A stretch of 64,000 bases of DNA, from positions 51,430 through 115,429 of the forward strand of contig DATABS010000013.1 in NCBI GenBank assembly GCA_036259475.1, given 5' to 3'. A program made the translations under genes and the position numbers. This DNA is from Acidimicrobiia bacterium. GTDB taxonomy: Bacteria; Actinomycetota; Acidimicrobiia; Spongiisociales; ZC4RG35. Below are positions 47,346-56,822 of this stretch, piece by piece (the stretch's first letter is position 1; each line of letters opens with the position of its first letter). The notes under the pieces are model-generated. The model was not told the origin of the DNA, did not search any database, and worked only from the letters and a program-made list of their open reading frames with translations.

Positions 47346-47527
47346 GATTATGTGGGGGTACTCCCCCCACACCCCCCACGGCTGCCCGTGGCAGAGCGGG
47401 TCGGTGGTCGGGGCCGTCCGGCCTCGGTTGTTCGTTCTTGGGTGGTCTGTTTGATTATGTGGGGGGTACTCGCCCAACACCCCCCACGGCTGCCCGTGGC
47501 AGAGTGGGTCGGTGGTCGGGGCCATCC
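47346..47527. repeat. Two tandem copies (47346-47419, 47453-47527) of the ~70 bp palindromic repeat
   Basis: GATTATGTGGGGGTACTC...GGTGGTCGGGGCC repeated with few differences. Confidence 0.85.
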
Positions 47528-47550
47528 AGCCGGGTTCATCTCACCCGAAG

Positions 47551-47602
47551 CCGACTTCCGACTTCCGACTTCAAACTTCCGACTTTCGACCCCGACTTCC
47601 GG
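47551..47602. repeat. Heptamer tandem repeat (CCGACTT)n
   Basis: CCGACTTCCGACTTCCGACTTCAAACTTCCGACTTTCGACCCCGACTTCC. Confidence 0.8.
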
Positions 47603-47613
47603 CTGTTGACTCC

Positions 47614-48444
47614 ATGGGCGTGGTCTTAGCCGCCGTCGCCGCCTTCGGCTACGGCACCGGAGACTTCCTGGGAGGGGTCGCCACCCGCCGGATCCCGGCG
47701 GCGAGCACCCTCTTCTGGTCGCATCTGGTGGGCCTGGCTCTGTTGGCGGTGTGGATTCCGCTCGATCCCGGCGAGCCGATCGTCTCCGACATGATCGCCG
47801 GCGCCGGGGCCGGTCTCTTCGGGCTCGCAGGCCTCGTCTTCCTCTACACCGGCCTGGCACGGGGACGGGCCGCGGTGGTCGCCCCGGCCGCGGCCGTGGT
47901 GGGAGCGATCGTCCCCGTGATCGCCGGTGTCGCCGGCGGCGACCCGCTGGGTGCACTCGGCTGGGCGGGAGTGGCCGCGGCCTTGCCCGCCATCTACCTG
48001 GTCTCCACGATCGAGGGGACACCGCGACGAGCGGCCGGGCTCGGCTACGGCTTGATGGCCGGTTTGTTCTTCGGTGGGTACTTCACCGTCCTCGCCCAGG
48101 CGAGTGACGCGTCCGGCATGTGGCCGCTGGTCGCCTCCCGGGGCCTATCCGTGACTGTGCTCGTCGTCGCCGGGCTGGCTGCCCGGCGGTCGTGGCTGAC
48201 CGCTCCGGGCGGACGGGTGGGAGGCGCCGTGGTGGGCGTCGGAGTCCTCGACCTGATCGGAAACGTCGCCTACCTGCTGGCGGCCAACCTCGCCTCCCTC
48301 GTGGTCGTGGCGATGGTTGCGTCGCTCTATCCGGCGGTGACGGTGCTCATGACGAGGCTCGTCTACAGCGAGCGCCTGTCTCCCCACCAGCTGAGCGGCC
48401 TGGGCCTGGCCGTCCTGGCAGTCGCCTGCTTCTCGGCTGTCTGA
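47614..48444 (+). CDS. EamA/DMT-family transporter
   Basis: YGTGDFLGG, 10 TM in two EamA halves, SLYPAVTV. Confidence 0.9.
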   Translation: MGVVLAAVAAFGYGTGDFLGGVATRRIPAASTLFWSHLVGLALLAVWIPLDPGEPIVSDMIAGAGAGLFGLAGLVFLYTGLARGRAAVVAPAAAVVGAIVPVIAGVAGGDPLGALGWAGVAAALPAIYLVSTIEGTPRRAAGLGYGLMAGLFFGGYFTVLAQASDASGMWPLVASRGLSVTVLVVAGLAARRSWLTAPGGRVGGAVVGVGVLDLIGNVAYLLAANLASLVVVAMVASLYPAVTVLMTRLVYSERLSPHQLSGLGLAVLAVACFSAV

Positions 48445-48446
48445 AC

Positions 48447-49574
48447 TCAGCGGCGAGAGGCGTAGTCGACGACGGTTTGTTCCAGCACCTCCATCGCCCG
48501 CGAGTGGCCTGCCAGGGCGTCAGTAGTCGTGTAGGCGAGCACCCGGGCGACCCACAGGCGGAAAACCAGACTGCGCCAGGCCGGCTCAGGCCGGTAGGCG
48601 TCGATGAGATGGACGAGCGTCTCATACCACCCCTCGCCGTCGAGGAAGGCGAACGTCGGCTCCCGCTGGTTGGCCAGAATCGGCCCGGCGATGTGGCGGG
48701 GGAATGTCCGGGCGGCTTCGGCTTCAGTCGCAGTCCAGCCCTCGGTCAGTAGACGGATGGTTGATTCGACGTCGTATCCGACCTTGTGGGCGATGGCGGG
48801 CGTGGCCGGCGCCTCCGGCTCCACCTCGTGCTCGAAAGGCGAGGGAGGCGGCATCTCTCCGACGGCCAGCGCAGCTTCGAAGCACTCGTAGACCATCGCC
48901 CGCAGCTCCTCGAGAGACCCGTAGAGGGCGTGTTGCTTCCCCCCGGGCACGAAATGCTCGTACATAGGGCCGGTTCCGGCGGTGGCATAGGTGATGACGG
49001 TGTCGATTCCCCAGTCCGATCGCGAGGTGACGAAGTCGTCATCGACGAGCTTCTCGACGACACCACGGGAGAGGAGCACCTCGCCGCCCAAGGGCTGGGG
49101 GATCTGCCAGAGCTGGGATCGGGAGTGGCCGATGGCGAACAGCGGCCGCGTCAGCATCCAGGTGATCATGGCGTCGGTAGAGGCGCGGGGGAAGTAGTGG
49201 CGAACCACCGGAAAACCGTCGTCGGCTGCCTTCTCGGCCCCTTCGATCCATGAGGCGTCGAAGTTGGTGATGTCGGCGTCGTAGAAGTGGAGCCGCTCGT
49301 TGTCGCCGGTGAGGAACCGGCGCATGGCGGTGTTCATCCCGTCGCCCTTGCCGGATCGGCGGTCGCCGATCCGATCCTGGAGGATCACCTCCACCGGAAC
49401 CTTCGTCGACGTCGATATACGGGAGGACTCGCCGGCGAGCAGTTCGAACAATCGGCCCGGTTCGGCCCCCACCGCCAGCACGCCCGTCACACGCGGATGA
49501 TGGGCGGCGGTCTCGAGGTTGGCGGTTGCCACATCGGCATCTTCTGACTTGAACGGGAATACGACCAGGCTCAT
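48447..49574 (-). CDS. mgs: Mannosylglycerate synthase (GT78, Rhodothermus-type)
   Basis: MSLVVFPFK, GKGDGMNTA, HFYDADIT, VRHYFPRASTDAMITWM, QPLGGE, SDWGIDT, GYDVE, RVL.YT match my recollection of R. marinus Mgs along the full length. Confidence 0.88.
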   Translation of the reverse strand: MSLVVFPFKSEDADVATANLETAAHHPRVTGVLAVGAEPGRLFELLAGESSRISTSTKVPVEVILQDRIGDRRSGKGDGMNTAMRRFLTGDNERLHFYDADITNFDASWIEGAEKAADDGFPVVRHYFPRASTDAMITWMLTRPLFAIGHSRSQLWQIPQPLGGEVLLSRGVVEKLVDDDFVTSRSDWGIDTVITYATAGTGPMYEHFVPGGKQHALYGSLEELRAMVYECFEAALAVGEMPPPSPFEHEVEPEAPATPAIAHKVGYDVESTIRLLTEGWTATEAEAARTFPRHIAGPILANQREPTFAFLDGEGWYETLVHLIDAYRPEPAWRSLVFRLWVARVLAYTTTDALAGHSRAMEVLEQTVVDYASRR

Positions 49575-49787
49575 CGCTGCCATCCTGCCAAGCGGGCGCC
49601 TCAACGTTGTAACCGACGTTTAGGCGACTCTGCATCGCAGCAGATCGTGAGAACCCTGTGCTCCGGTCATCCGTATCGGCGATCGACGTTCATGGGAGGT
49701 GATCCGGTAACGGTCGGACCAAGAAACGGCCGGAACCTCGAGACAGGCGCCCAGCCTTGCAATAGACATGAAAAAGTCGCCACGACA

Positions 49788-49814
49788 TGTCGAAATTCGA
49801 GGTTCCGGTTCGTC
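49788..49814 (+). promoter_or_regulatory. ECF42-type promoter TGTCGA-N17-CGTC
   Basis: TGTCGA 49788-49793, CGTC 49811-49814, upstream of the DGPF gene. Confidence 0.7.
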
Positions 49815-49852
49815 GAGAGGACGAAGGTATCCCCTAGAGAAAGGAGCCGAGG

Positions 49853-50224
49853 ATGCCTAGGTACGCGGCACTCATATACGGACCGGAGGAAAGCCCCGCC
49901 GAGGCCGACCCAGAGGTGTTGGCCCAGGTGATGGCCGAATACACCGAGTTCACCGACAAGGCGGGGGCGGCCGGAGTCATGAGCGGGGGAGAGGCTCTGG
50001 AAGACACGTCGACCGCCACGACGATCCATGTCGAAGGAGGCAAGGGTGGAGAAGTGATCCACTCCGATGGACCCTTCGCCGAGACGAAAGAGGTCCTCGG
50101 TGGGTTCTTCCTCCTCGATTGCAAGGACCTGGATGAAGCCCTGATGTGGGCGGCACAGATTCCCGGTGCGTGGCACGGTCACATCGAGGTTCGTCCGGTG
50201 ATCGACTTTTCCCAGGAGCAGTGA
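49853..50224 (+). CDS. YciI/DGPF-domain protein
   Basis: DGPFAETKEVLGGF, IEVRPV. Confidence 0.95.
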   Translation: MPRYAALIYGPEESPAEADPEVLAQVMAEYTEFTDKAGAAGVMSGGEALEDTSTATTIHVEGGKGGEVIHSDGPFAETKEVLGGFFLLDCKDLDEALMWAAQIPGAWHGHIEVRPVIDFSQEQ

Positions 50225-51426
50225 CCCGGACGGTCGAAGACACGCTGAGGATGGAGGGTGGCCGGGTGCTGGCCACCCTCATCCGTCTCACGGGCGACTT
50301 CGACCTGGCCGAGGACGCGCTGCAGGACGCGGTGGTCGAGGCGCTACAGCGGTGGGGACCGGATGGGGTGCCGTCGACGCCGGCCGCCTGGCTGACGACT
50401 GTCGCTCGCAACAAGGCCCTCGATCGGCTGCGACGTGAGTCGGTCCGCGGGCACAAGGAGGCCGATGCCATTCGGCTGCTCTCCGATCCGCCGCCGGTCT
50501 CGCCGATAGACGATCGCCTCCGGCTCATCTTCACTTGCTGTCACCCGGCCCTGTCGCCCGAGTCGCGTGTGGCGCTCACTCTGAGGACCGTCGGTGGGCT
50601 CACGACCACCGAACTCGCCCGCTGCTTCTTCGTCTCAGATGCCACCATGGGCCAGAGGCTGAGCCGGGCCAAAGCGAAGATCGCCCGGGCGAAAATTCCC
50701 TACCGGGTCCCCGACGACCACGAGCTACCCGACCGTCTCTCAGCCGTCCTGGCGACGGTCTATCTCGTCTTCACGGCCGGACATCACGCCCCGCACGGTG
50801 CCTTGGACTCACGTCGGGAACTCGCCGAGGAGGCGATTCGACTGGGGCGCTTGCTACTCGAGTTGTTGGGCGACCATCCCGAGGTGCCTGGTCTTCTGTC
50901 GCTGATGCTGGCCACTCATGCCCGCCGGCAAGCCCGCCTCGACGGCAACGGCGACATCGTTCTCCTGGCCGACCAGGATCGCGACCTGTGGGATCACCAC
51001 GCCATCCGGGAGGCGTCCGACATGTTGCAGACCGCCTTGAGGCGGCGACTGCCGGGCCCGTATCAGATACAGGCCGCCATCGCCTGCCTGCACGGAATCG
51101 CTCCGAGTGACGCGGCGACGGATTGGAAGCAGATCGTCGATCTCTACCGAATGCTGGAGAACACCACCCCGCTACCGGTCGTGGCGATCAACCGCGCGGT
51201 GGCCGAAGCGAAGGTCTTCGGGCCGGATGCCGGCCTGGCGGTGGTCAACGCCGTCACCGGTATGGAGCACTGGCACCTCTACTGGTCGACACGGGCCGAG
51301 TTGTTGCGGCAGTCGGGTCGCAACGAAGAGGCAGCGGCCGCCTACCGCAAGGCACTCGACTGCGACATGAACCAAAGCGACCGTCGCTTCCTCGAGCGGC
51401 GCCTCGGAGAGATCGACACGTCCTGA
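50221..51426 (+). CDS. ECF sigma factor with a C-terminal TPR-like extension (ECF42 group)
   Basis: DLAEDALQDA, DDRLRLIFTCCHPAL, GPYQIQAAIA; coupled to the DGPF gene; GTG 50221. Confidence 0.92.
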   Translation: MTRTVEDTLRMEGGRVLATLIRLTGDFDLAEDALQDAVVEALQRWGPDGVPSTPAAWLTTVARNKALDRLRRESVRGHKEADAIRLLSDPPPVSPIDDRLRLIFTCCHPALSPESRVALTLRTVGGLTTTELARCFFVSDATMGQRLSRAKAKIARAKIPYRVPDDHELPDRLSAVLATVYLVFTAGHHAPHGALDSRRELAEEAIRLGRLLLELLGDHPEVPGLLSLMLATHARRQARLDGNGDIVLLADQDRDLWDHHAIREASDMLQTALRRRLPGPYQIQAAIACLHGIAPSDAATDWKQIVDLYRMLENTTPLPVVAINRAVAEAKVFGPDAGLAVVNAVTGMEHWHLYWSTRAELLRQSGRNEEAAAAYRKALDCDMNQSDRRFLERRLGEIDTS

Positions 51427-51457
51427 AGGTCGTCGTCCGGGCAGCCTGCACCGGATC

Positions 51458-51479
51458 TGTCCCAGCCGGCCGTTACTCT
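51458..51479 (+). promoter_or_regulatory. PafBC/RecA-NDp-type promoter (TGTCCC-N10-TACTCT) of herA
   Basis: Ends 8 nt before the ATG; no SD. Confidence 0.6.
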
Positions 51480-51487
51480 CGCCTGCG

Positions 51488-53185
51488 ATGAGTGACCCTC
51501 GCACCCCCAGCGAGAACATGGTCGGCCGCGTGATCGGAACCGACGACGCCACCCCTCTCGAGTTCTGGGTGGCGGTAGCGCCGGGGGAGTACCTCCAGCT
51601 AGACGACGTCGTGGCTTTGGAGCGGGTGCTGCCCACCGGGGAGTCCGTCCGGGTCTACGGAATGGTGTCCCAGGTACGGGCTCGTCATGAGGGCGCCAGA
51701 TTCGACTCCGATGTGTTCCTGATCTCGGACGGCGTCCTACCTGCCGAGGTGTCGGAGGCCGCCAAGGTCACTGCCACCCGGTTCGAGCCCGAGGTGTTCG
51801 TCCCGCCCCGGCCCGGCCAGCCCGTCGATCGGGCGCAGGGCGACGAGCGTGATCGAGCGCTGTTCTTCGATCGGATGGACAGGCGTCTCGCCATCGGACT
51901 GACGCGCGACAACGCGCCCCTGTTCGTCAACTTCGAGTTCCTCAATGGGGAGAGGGGCGCCCACGTCAACATCTCGGGTGTCTCGGGCGTGGCCACCAAG
52001 ACCACCTATGCCACGTTCCTACTCCACTCGCTCTTCAACGGAGCGGTCCTCGGGCCGGGGGCGGTCAATACCAAGGCTCTGATCTTCAACGTCAAGGGGG
52101 AGGATCTGCTTCACCTCGACCGGCCCAACGCGGTGCTCGAGGACGACCAACTGGTCCGCTATCGGGCGCTCGGGCTTCCGTCCGACCCTTTCAAGTCGGT
52201 CGGCTTCTACGCTCCGCCCAGGGTCGACTCCGAGACGTTGCGGGCCGACGTCTACTCCCGGTCCGACGTGACCAGCTTCTGTTGGTCGCTGGCAGAGTTC
52301 TGTCACGACGAGCTCTTGCCGTTCCTGTTCGCCGACGCCGAAGACGACCGGGCTCAGTACACCATGGTCGTCTACTCAGTGATGGCCCAGCTCAAACGGG
52401 CCACCCGCCGCGACGACGGCTCGGTCACGATCGAGGGAACCACGGTTCGCAGCTTTCGCCAGCTCGTCGAGCTCATCACCGACAAGGTACTGAGTGAGGA
52501 CGAGGGGCCCGTCTGGGCCGGTACGGCCATCGGACGGGGAACGGTCAACGCCTTCGTCCGCCGGCTCAACTCGGCGGTGCGCCACCTCGAGCGCCTCATC
52601 CGGGGCAACCTGTCGGATCCGGAGCGTCATCGGGTTCGGACCGACGACCATCGGGTCACGGTGGTCGACCTCCACAACCTCAACGACCGTGCCAAACGCT
52701 TCGTGGTGGGCGTGACGGTGCAGCGGGCGTTCGAGCAGAAAGAGCGACAGGGACGGCAGGGCGACGACGACCTGCTGTTCCTGGTCCTCGACGAGTTGAA
52801 CAAGTACGCCCCCCGGGACGGGTCGAGTCCGATCAAGGAGATCCTGCTCGACGTCGCCGAGCGAGGAAGGAGCCTGGGGATCATCCTCATCGGAGCCCAG
52901 CAGACCGCCTCGGAGGTGGAACGCCGGATCATCGCCAACTCGTCGATCCGGGTGGTGGGTCGCCTCGACTCGGCCGAGGCCTCGCGCGAGGAGTACGGGT
53001 TCCTCCCCTCTGTGCATCGTCAGCGGGCCACGATCATCAAACCGGGCACCATGCTGATAAGCCAGCCCGAGCTCCCGCTGCCGCTGGTGGCCGAGTTCCC
53101 CTTCCCCGCCTGGGCGACGCGTCCCTCGGAGGCGGTCGTGAGCGGTGGTGATGCCCCCGACGACCCCTTCCAGGGTCTCGGCTGA
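51488..53185 (+). CDS. herA: HerA-type ATPase/DNA translocase
   Basis: N-terminal HAS barrel, HVNISGVSGVATKT, LDELNKYAP, AERGRSLGIILIGAQQ. Confidence 0.88.
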   Translation: MSDPRTPSENMVGRVIGTDDATPLEFWVAVAPGEYLQLDDVVALERVLPTGESVRVYGMVSQVRARHEGARFDSDVFLISDGVLPAEVSEAAKVTATRFEPEVFVPPRPGQPVDRAQGDERDRALFFDRMDRRLAIGLTRDNAPLFVNFEFLNGERGAHVNISGVSGVATKTTYATFLLHSLFNGAVLGPGAVNTKALIFNVKGEDLLHLDRPNAVLEDDQLVRYRALGLPSDPFKSVGFYAPPRVDSETLRADVYSRSDVTSFCWSLAEFCHDELLPFLFADAEDDRAQYTMVVYSVMAQLKRATRRDDGSVTIEGTTVRSFRQLVELITDKVLSEDEGPVWAGTAIGRGTVNAFVRRLNSAVRHLERLIRGNLSDPERHRVRTDDHRVTVVDLHNLNDRAKRFVVGVTVQRAFEQKERQGRQGDDDLLFLVLDELNKYAPRDGSSPIKEILLDVAERGRSLGIILIGAQQTASEVERRIIANSSIRVVGRLDSAEASREEYGFLPSVHRQRATIIKPGTMLISQPELPLPLVAEFPFPAWATRPSEAVVSGGDAPDDPFQGLG

Positions 53186-53303
53186 CCCTCCAAGCGCCCT
53201 ACCCGACAGTTGGGTCATTCTGCGAAGCCTTTTACGGCGTAGCGGCGGAAAAATCTTCACAGGAAGGGTTGCCGGAGGCCCTTCCCGGCTAAACAACCGA
53301 ATC

Positions 53304-53325
53304 TGTCACACCCTTCACCTACTCT
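53304..53325 (+). promoter_or_regulatory. PafBC/RecA-NDp-type promoter (TGTCAC-N10-TACTCT) of sbcD
   Basis: Ends 7 nt before the GTG; leaderless geometry. Confidence 0.65.
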
Positions 53326-53332
53326 CGACGGC

Positions 53333-54466
53333 GTGAAGATCCTGCATACCGCCGACTGGCACCTCGGGCGCACGATCCGGGGCCGCAGCCGCCTCGACGA
53401 GCAGACTGACGTCCTCTCCGAAGTGGTCGAGATCGCCTCACACGAGGCGGTCGATCTGGTGTTGGTCGCCGGCGACCAGTTCGACACAGCCAGCCCGACT
53501 CCCGCCGCCGAACGATTGGCCTATCGCACCCTGCTCCAACTGGCCGAGGTGGCGCCGGTGGTGATGGTCGCCGGCAACCACGACCATCCTCGCCGCCTCG
53601 AAGCCGTCGCTCCGCTCCTCGAACTGGGTCGGGTGACGGTCGGTTCCTCGGTTGCCCGGCCCGATGATGGCGGGGTGGTGCGGCCGGTCGAGGGTGTCCG
53701 CGTCGCCTTGATCCCCTTCTTGTCCCAGAGGGGGATAGTCAGCGCCAGCGACCTGATGGCACTCGAGGCGGACCAGCAGGGCGCGAAGTTCGCCGACCGG
53801 ATGGATCAGATCATCTCCGCCTTGTGTGAAGGCGTGACGGCGGACGAGGTCAACATCGTCCTTGGCCATGTCATGGTCCACGGCGGCGATACCGGAGGAG
53901 GTGAGCGAGCCGCCCACACGGTTTTCGACTATTCCATTCCGGCCCAGGCCTTCCCACCGACCCTGTCGTATGTGGCTCTCGGTCATCTCCACCGCCACCA
54001 GAAGATGCCGGCGGCAGCTCCTGTCTGGTACTCCGGCGCTCCGCAACAGCTCGACTTCGGCGAAGTGGACGACAGCAAGGGTGTCCTGATCGTCGAAGCG
54101 GAGCCCGCCCTTCCTGCCCGCGTGGAGTTCCGACCGCTCACGTCGGGACGGAAGTTGCGCATCCTCCGCGGCACCCTCGAGCAGGTGGAGGCGGCGGCGG
54201 GCGATCTGAACGAGACCGACTATGTCCGCGTGGTGCTCGACGAGACGGCCCGGGCCGGATTGGCCGACACGGTCCGCCAGCTCGTTCCGCAAGCGGTCGA
54301 CGTTGTCCTCGATCCGGCCCGGCGCCATCCGCGCCAGCGGCGCAGCAGCCGGGCCGGGCGGACCCATCGAGAACTGTTCGTCGAGTACCTGCAAGAGGTC
54401 GACTTCCACGACCGGCGGGTGGTGGAGCTCTTCGACGAGCTGATGGAGGAGGCGCATGAGGCCTGA
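53333..54466 (+). CDS. sbcD: SbcD/Mre11 nuclease
   Basis: HTADWHLG, AGDQFD, AGNHD, ALGHLH, YSGAPQQLDFGE. Confidence 0.96.
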   Translation: MKILHTADWHLGRTIRGRSRLDEQTDVLSEVVEIASHEAVDLVLVAGDQFDTASPTPAAERLAYRTLLQLAEVAPVVMVAGNHDHPRRLEAVAPLLELGRVTVGSSVARPDDGGVVRPVEGVRVALIPFLSQRGIVSASDLMALEADQQGAKFADRMDQIISALCEGVTADEVNIVLGHVMVHGGDTGGGERAAHTVFDYSIPAQAFPPTLSYVALGHLHRHQKMPAAAPVWYSGAPQQLDFGEVDDSKGVLIVEAEPALPARVEFRPLTSGRKLRILRGTLEQVEAAAGDLNETDYVRVVLDETARAGLADTVRQLVPQAVDVVLDPARRHPRQRRSSRAGRTHRELFVEYLQEVDFHDRRVVELFDELMEEAHEA

Positions 54467-56822
54467 ACGGCTGGAGATGTCCGGCTTCGCTCCGTTCCGG
54501 GACCGCACAGAGGTCGACTTCCGAAACCTTGAATTGTTCGCCCTCACCGGTCCGACCGGGGCCGGCAAGAGCTCGGTGATCGACGCTCTCACCTTTGCCC
54601 TTTACGGCAGCGTCGCCCGATATGACCGACGAAGCGTCGGCCCCATCATCTCGCTCGGAGCCGCCGAGGCGCGTATTCGCTTCGACTTCACGGTCGAGGG
54701 CACGCCCTATACCGCTGCCCGTGTCGTGCGCCGCACGGCGGCCGGCGGGGCGACCACCGCCGAGGCCCGGCTGGAGAGCGACGGGCAGGTGCTCGCCTCC
54801 GGAGCCGCCGAGGTGACGGCGGCAGTCGAGCGACTGCTGGGGCTGGCCATCGATCACTTCACCCGGTCTGTCGTGCTTCCCCAGGGTGAGTTCGCCGCCT
54901 TCCTCCATGACACCCCCGCCGGCCAGCAGGACCTGGTCAAAGCTCTTCTCGACATGGGGCTCCTGGACACGGTCCGGAAGTCGGCCACCGAACGGGCCAA
55001 GACGGCGGAGGCCCTGGCGGACCAGGCCCGAACCCGCCGCGATGACCTGTCTGACGCCACCGAAGAGGCCGAAAAGGAGGCGGGAGCGCGCCTCGCCCGT
55101 CTGGAGCAGCTGGTCGAAGCCGTCACATCGGCTGAAGAGGCGATCGACGAGGCACAGGAGGCGGCCAAGGCGAAGGCCACCGAGGTCGAGACCCTGGAAA
55201 ACCAGGCACGGCTGGTGGCCGCGGTCCGGATCCCCGAGGGATTGACAGATCTGGCCGAGAAGCTCGCTTCCCTCAAGGCGGAGGTGGCCAAGTCTGAGAA
55301 GCAGGTCGCTCGGGCCGAGGAAGCGTTGGCGACTGTCACGACCGAGGCGGAGGCACTTCCCAGCGCCGAATCGCTCGAGACGGCCAGCAGCCTCATCATC
55401 GACTTGTCAGAGGCGCGCCAACGCCGGGACGCCATCGATCTCGAGCGGTTGGCGGCGGAACGTACCGATGCCGAAAAGCGATTGAGCGAACTGCAGAAAG
55501 TGTGTGACGCCGCCCGTAAGGCGCTCGAGGATGCGCGTTCCCGCCACGCCGCCCACGCCCTCACCAAGGGTCTCGTGGCGGGAGATCCGTGTCCCGTCTG
55601 CCGACAGCCCTTGCTCGAAGGGCCTGGGGATCCGCCGGCCGATCTCGGTGAGGGCGAAGCGGCCCTGGAGGCGGCGGAGAAGGCTCTCGACCGCGCCAGG
55701 ACCCTACACCGACAGGCCGAGGCGGCGGCGGCCGAAGGGCGCGTCGGCCACCAGGCGGCAAGCGCCACGGTGTCGCAGATCGAATCGCGCCTGTCGGGGC
55801 TGCCCCAGGGCGAGGCACTTTCCGAGGCGATCACCGCCCGCGCCGCCGTCGACCAGCGAATGACGGATGCCAGGGAGCAGCTGAAGGTTGCCCGCCAGGA
55901 TTTCGCCCTGGTGCGAGAAGCAGTGAGTGAGCTCGAGAACGCCGAGAAGCAGGCGTGGTATGACTTTTCCGAACTACGCGACAGAGTGGCCGCGCTCGGC
56001 CCGCCCGCAGCGGAGCGGGACGATCTGGGCGAGGCCTGGCGCAGGCTGCTGGGCTGGGCCCAAGCCACTCAGGTGAGCATCGCCGAGCAGCTGACGCAGG
56101 CGGTGGCGGCAGCCGAGGATGCCGCCGCCGCCGTGCAGAAGCAGACGGACGAGGTCGAGCAGCTGTTGGAGGACGCCCACGTCAGCGGCCAGGGACGGCC
56201 GACGACCCGACTCGCTGCCGCCGTCGCCATGGCCAACGCCGAGCACGACCGAATCCGGGAACGGCGAGGCGAGCGTGAGGCCGCCCAGACTCAGCTCAAC
56301 GAATTCACCGAGAAGGCGGCCGTCGCCACCGCTCTCGCCAACCACATGAAGGCGAATCGGTTCGAAGGGTGGCTGCTATCCGAGGCTCTCGCCGGTCTGG
56401 TGGACGGAGCCAACACCCTCCTTGCCGACCTCACCTCCGGCTGCTACTCGCTGGCTCTACAGGAGCGCTCGATCGAGGTGGTGGACCACCGCAATGCCGA
56501 CGAACACCGCTCGGTCAGGAGTCTTTCAGGAGGTGAGACCTTCCTCGTCTCCTTGGCGCTCGCCTTGTCGCTCGGCGAGCAGCTGACCAACCTGTCCGAG
56601 CGGGGCGGGGCGCGCCTGGAGGCGATATTCCTCGATGAGGGATTCGGCAGTCTCGACGCCGCCACCCTCGAGACGGTGTCGGTGGTCGTCACCGAGCTCG
56701 CCTCCCAAGGCCGCATCGTGGGCGTAGTGACCCACGTCAAGGAACTCGCCGAACAGATCCCGACTCGGTTCGAGGTCCGGACCGGCCCCGCCGGCAGCAC
56801 CGTCGAAAGAGTCGAGCAATGA
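54456..56822 (+). CDS. sbcC: SbcC/Rad50 SMC-family ATPase
   Basis: GPTGAGKSS, LPQGEF, CPVC zinc hook, LSGGETF, FLDEGFGSLD. Confidence 0.96.
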   Translation: MRPERLEMSGFAPFRDRTEVDFRNLELFALTGPTGAGKSSVIDALTFALYGSVARYDRRSVGPIISLGAAEARIRFDFTVEGTPYTAARVVRRTAAGGATTAEARLESDGQVLASGAAEVTAAVERLLGLAIDHFTRSVVLPQGEFAAFLHDTPAGQQDLVKALLDMGLLDTVRKSATERAKTAEALADQARTRRDDLSDATEEAEKEAGARLARLEQLVEAVTSAEEAIDEAQEAAKAKATEVETLENQARLVAAVRIPEGLTDLAEKLASLKAEVAKSEKQVARAEEALATVTTEAEALPSAESLETASSLIIDLSEARQRRDAIDLERLAAERTDAEKRLSELQKVCDAARKALEDARSRHAAHALTKGLVAGDPCPVCRQPLLEGPGDPPADLGEGEAALEAAEKALDRARTLHRQAEAAAAEGRVGHQAASATVSQIESRLSGLPQGEALSEAITARAAVDQRMTDAREQLKVARQDFALVREAVSELENAEKQAWYDFSELRDRVAALGPPAAERDDLGEAWRRLLGWAQATQVSIAEQLTQAVAAAEDAAAAVQKQTDEVEQLLEDAHVSGQGRPTTRLAAAVAMANAEHDRIRERRGEREAAQTQLNEFTEKAAVATALANHMKANRFEGWLLSEALAGLVDGANTLLADLTSGCYSLALQERSIEVVDHRNADEHRSVRSLSGGETFLVSLALALSLGEQLTNLSERGGARLEAIFLDEGFGSLDAATLETVSVVVTELASQGRIVGVVTHVKELAEQIPTRFEVRTGPAGSTVERVEQ

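Noticed and set aside
47346-47527. CRISPR mini-array (two repeats with a 33 nt spacer)
   Set aside because: The repeat is ~74 bp, too long; there are only two copies, a third lies 9 kb away, and no cas genes are present.
51488-53185. HerA-based anti-phage system (Sir2-HerA, DUF4297-HerA)
   Set aside because: No sirtuin or DUF4297 partner; the neighbours are SbcD, SbcC and NurA, i.e. repair context.
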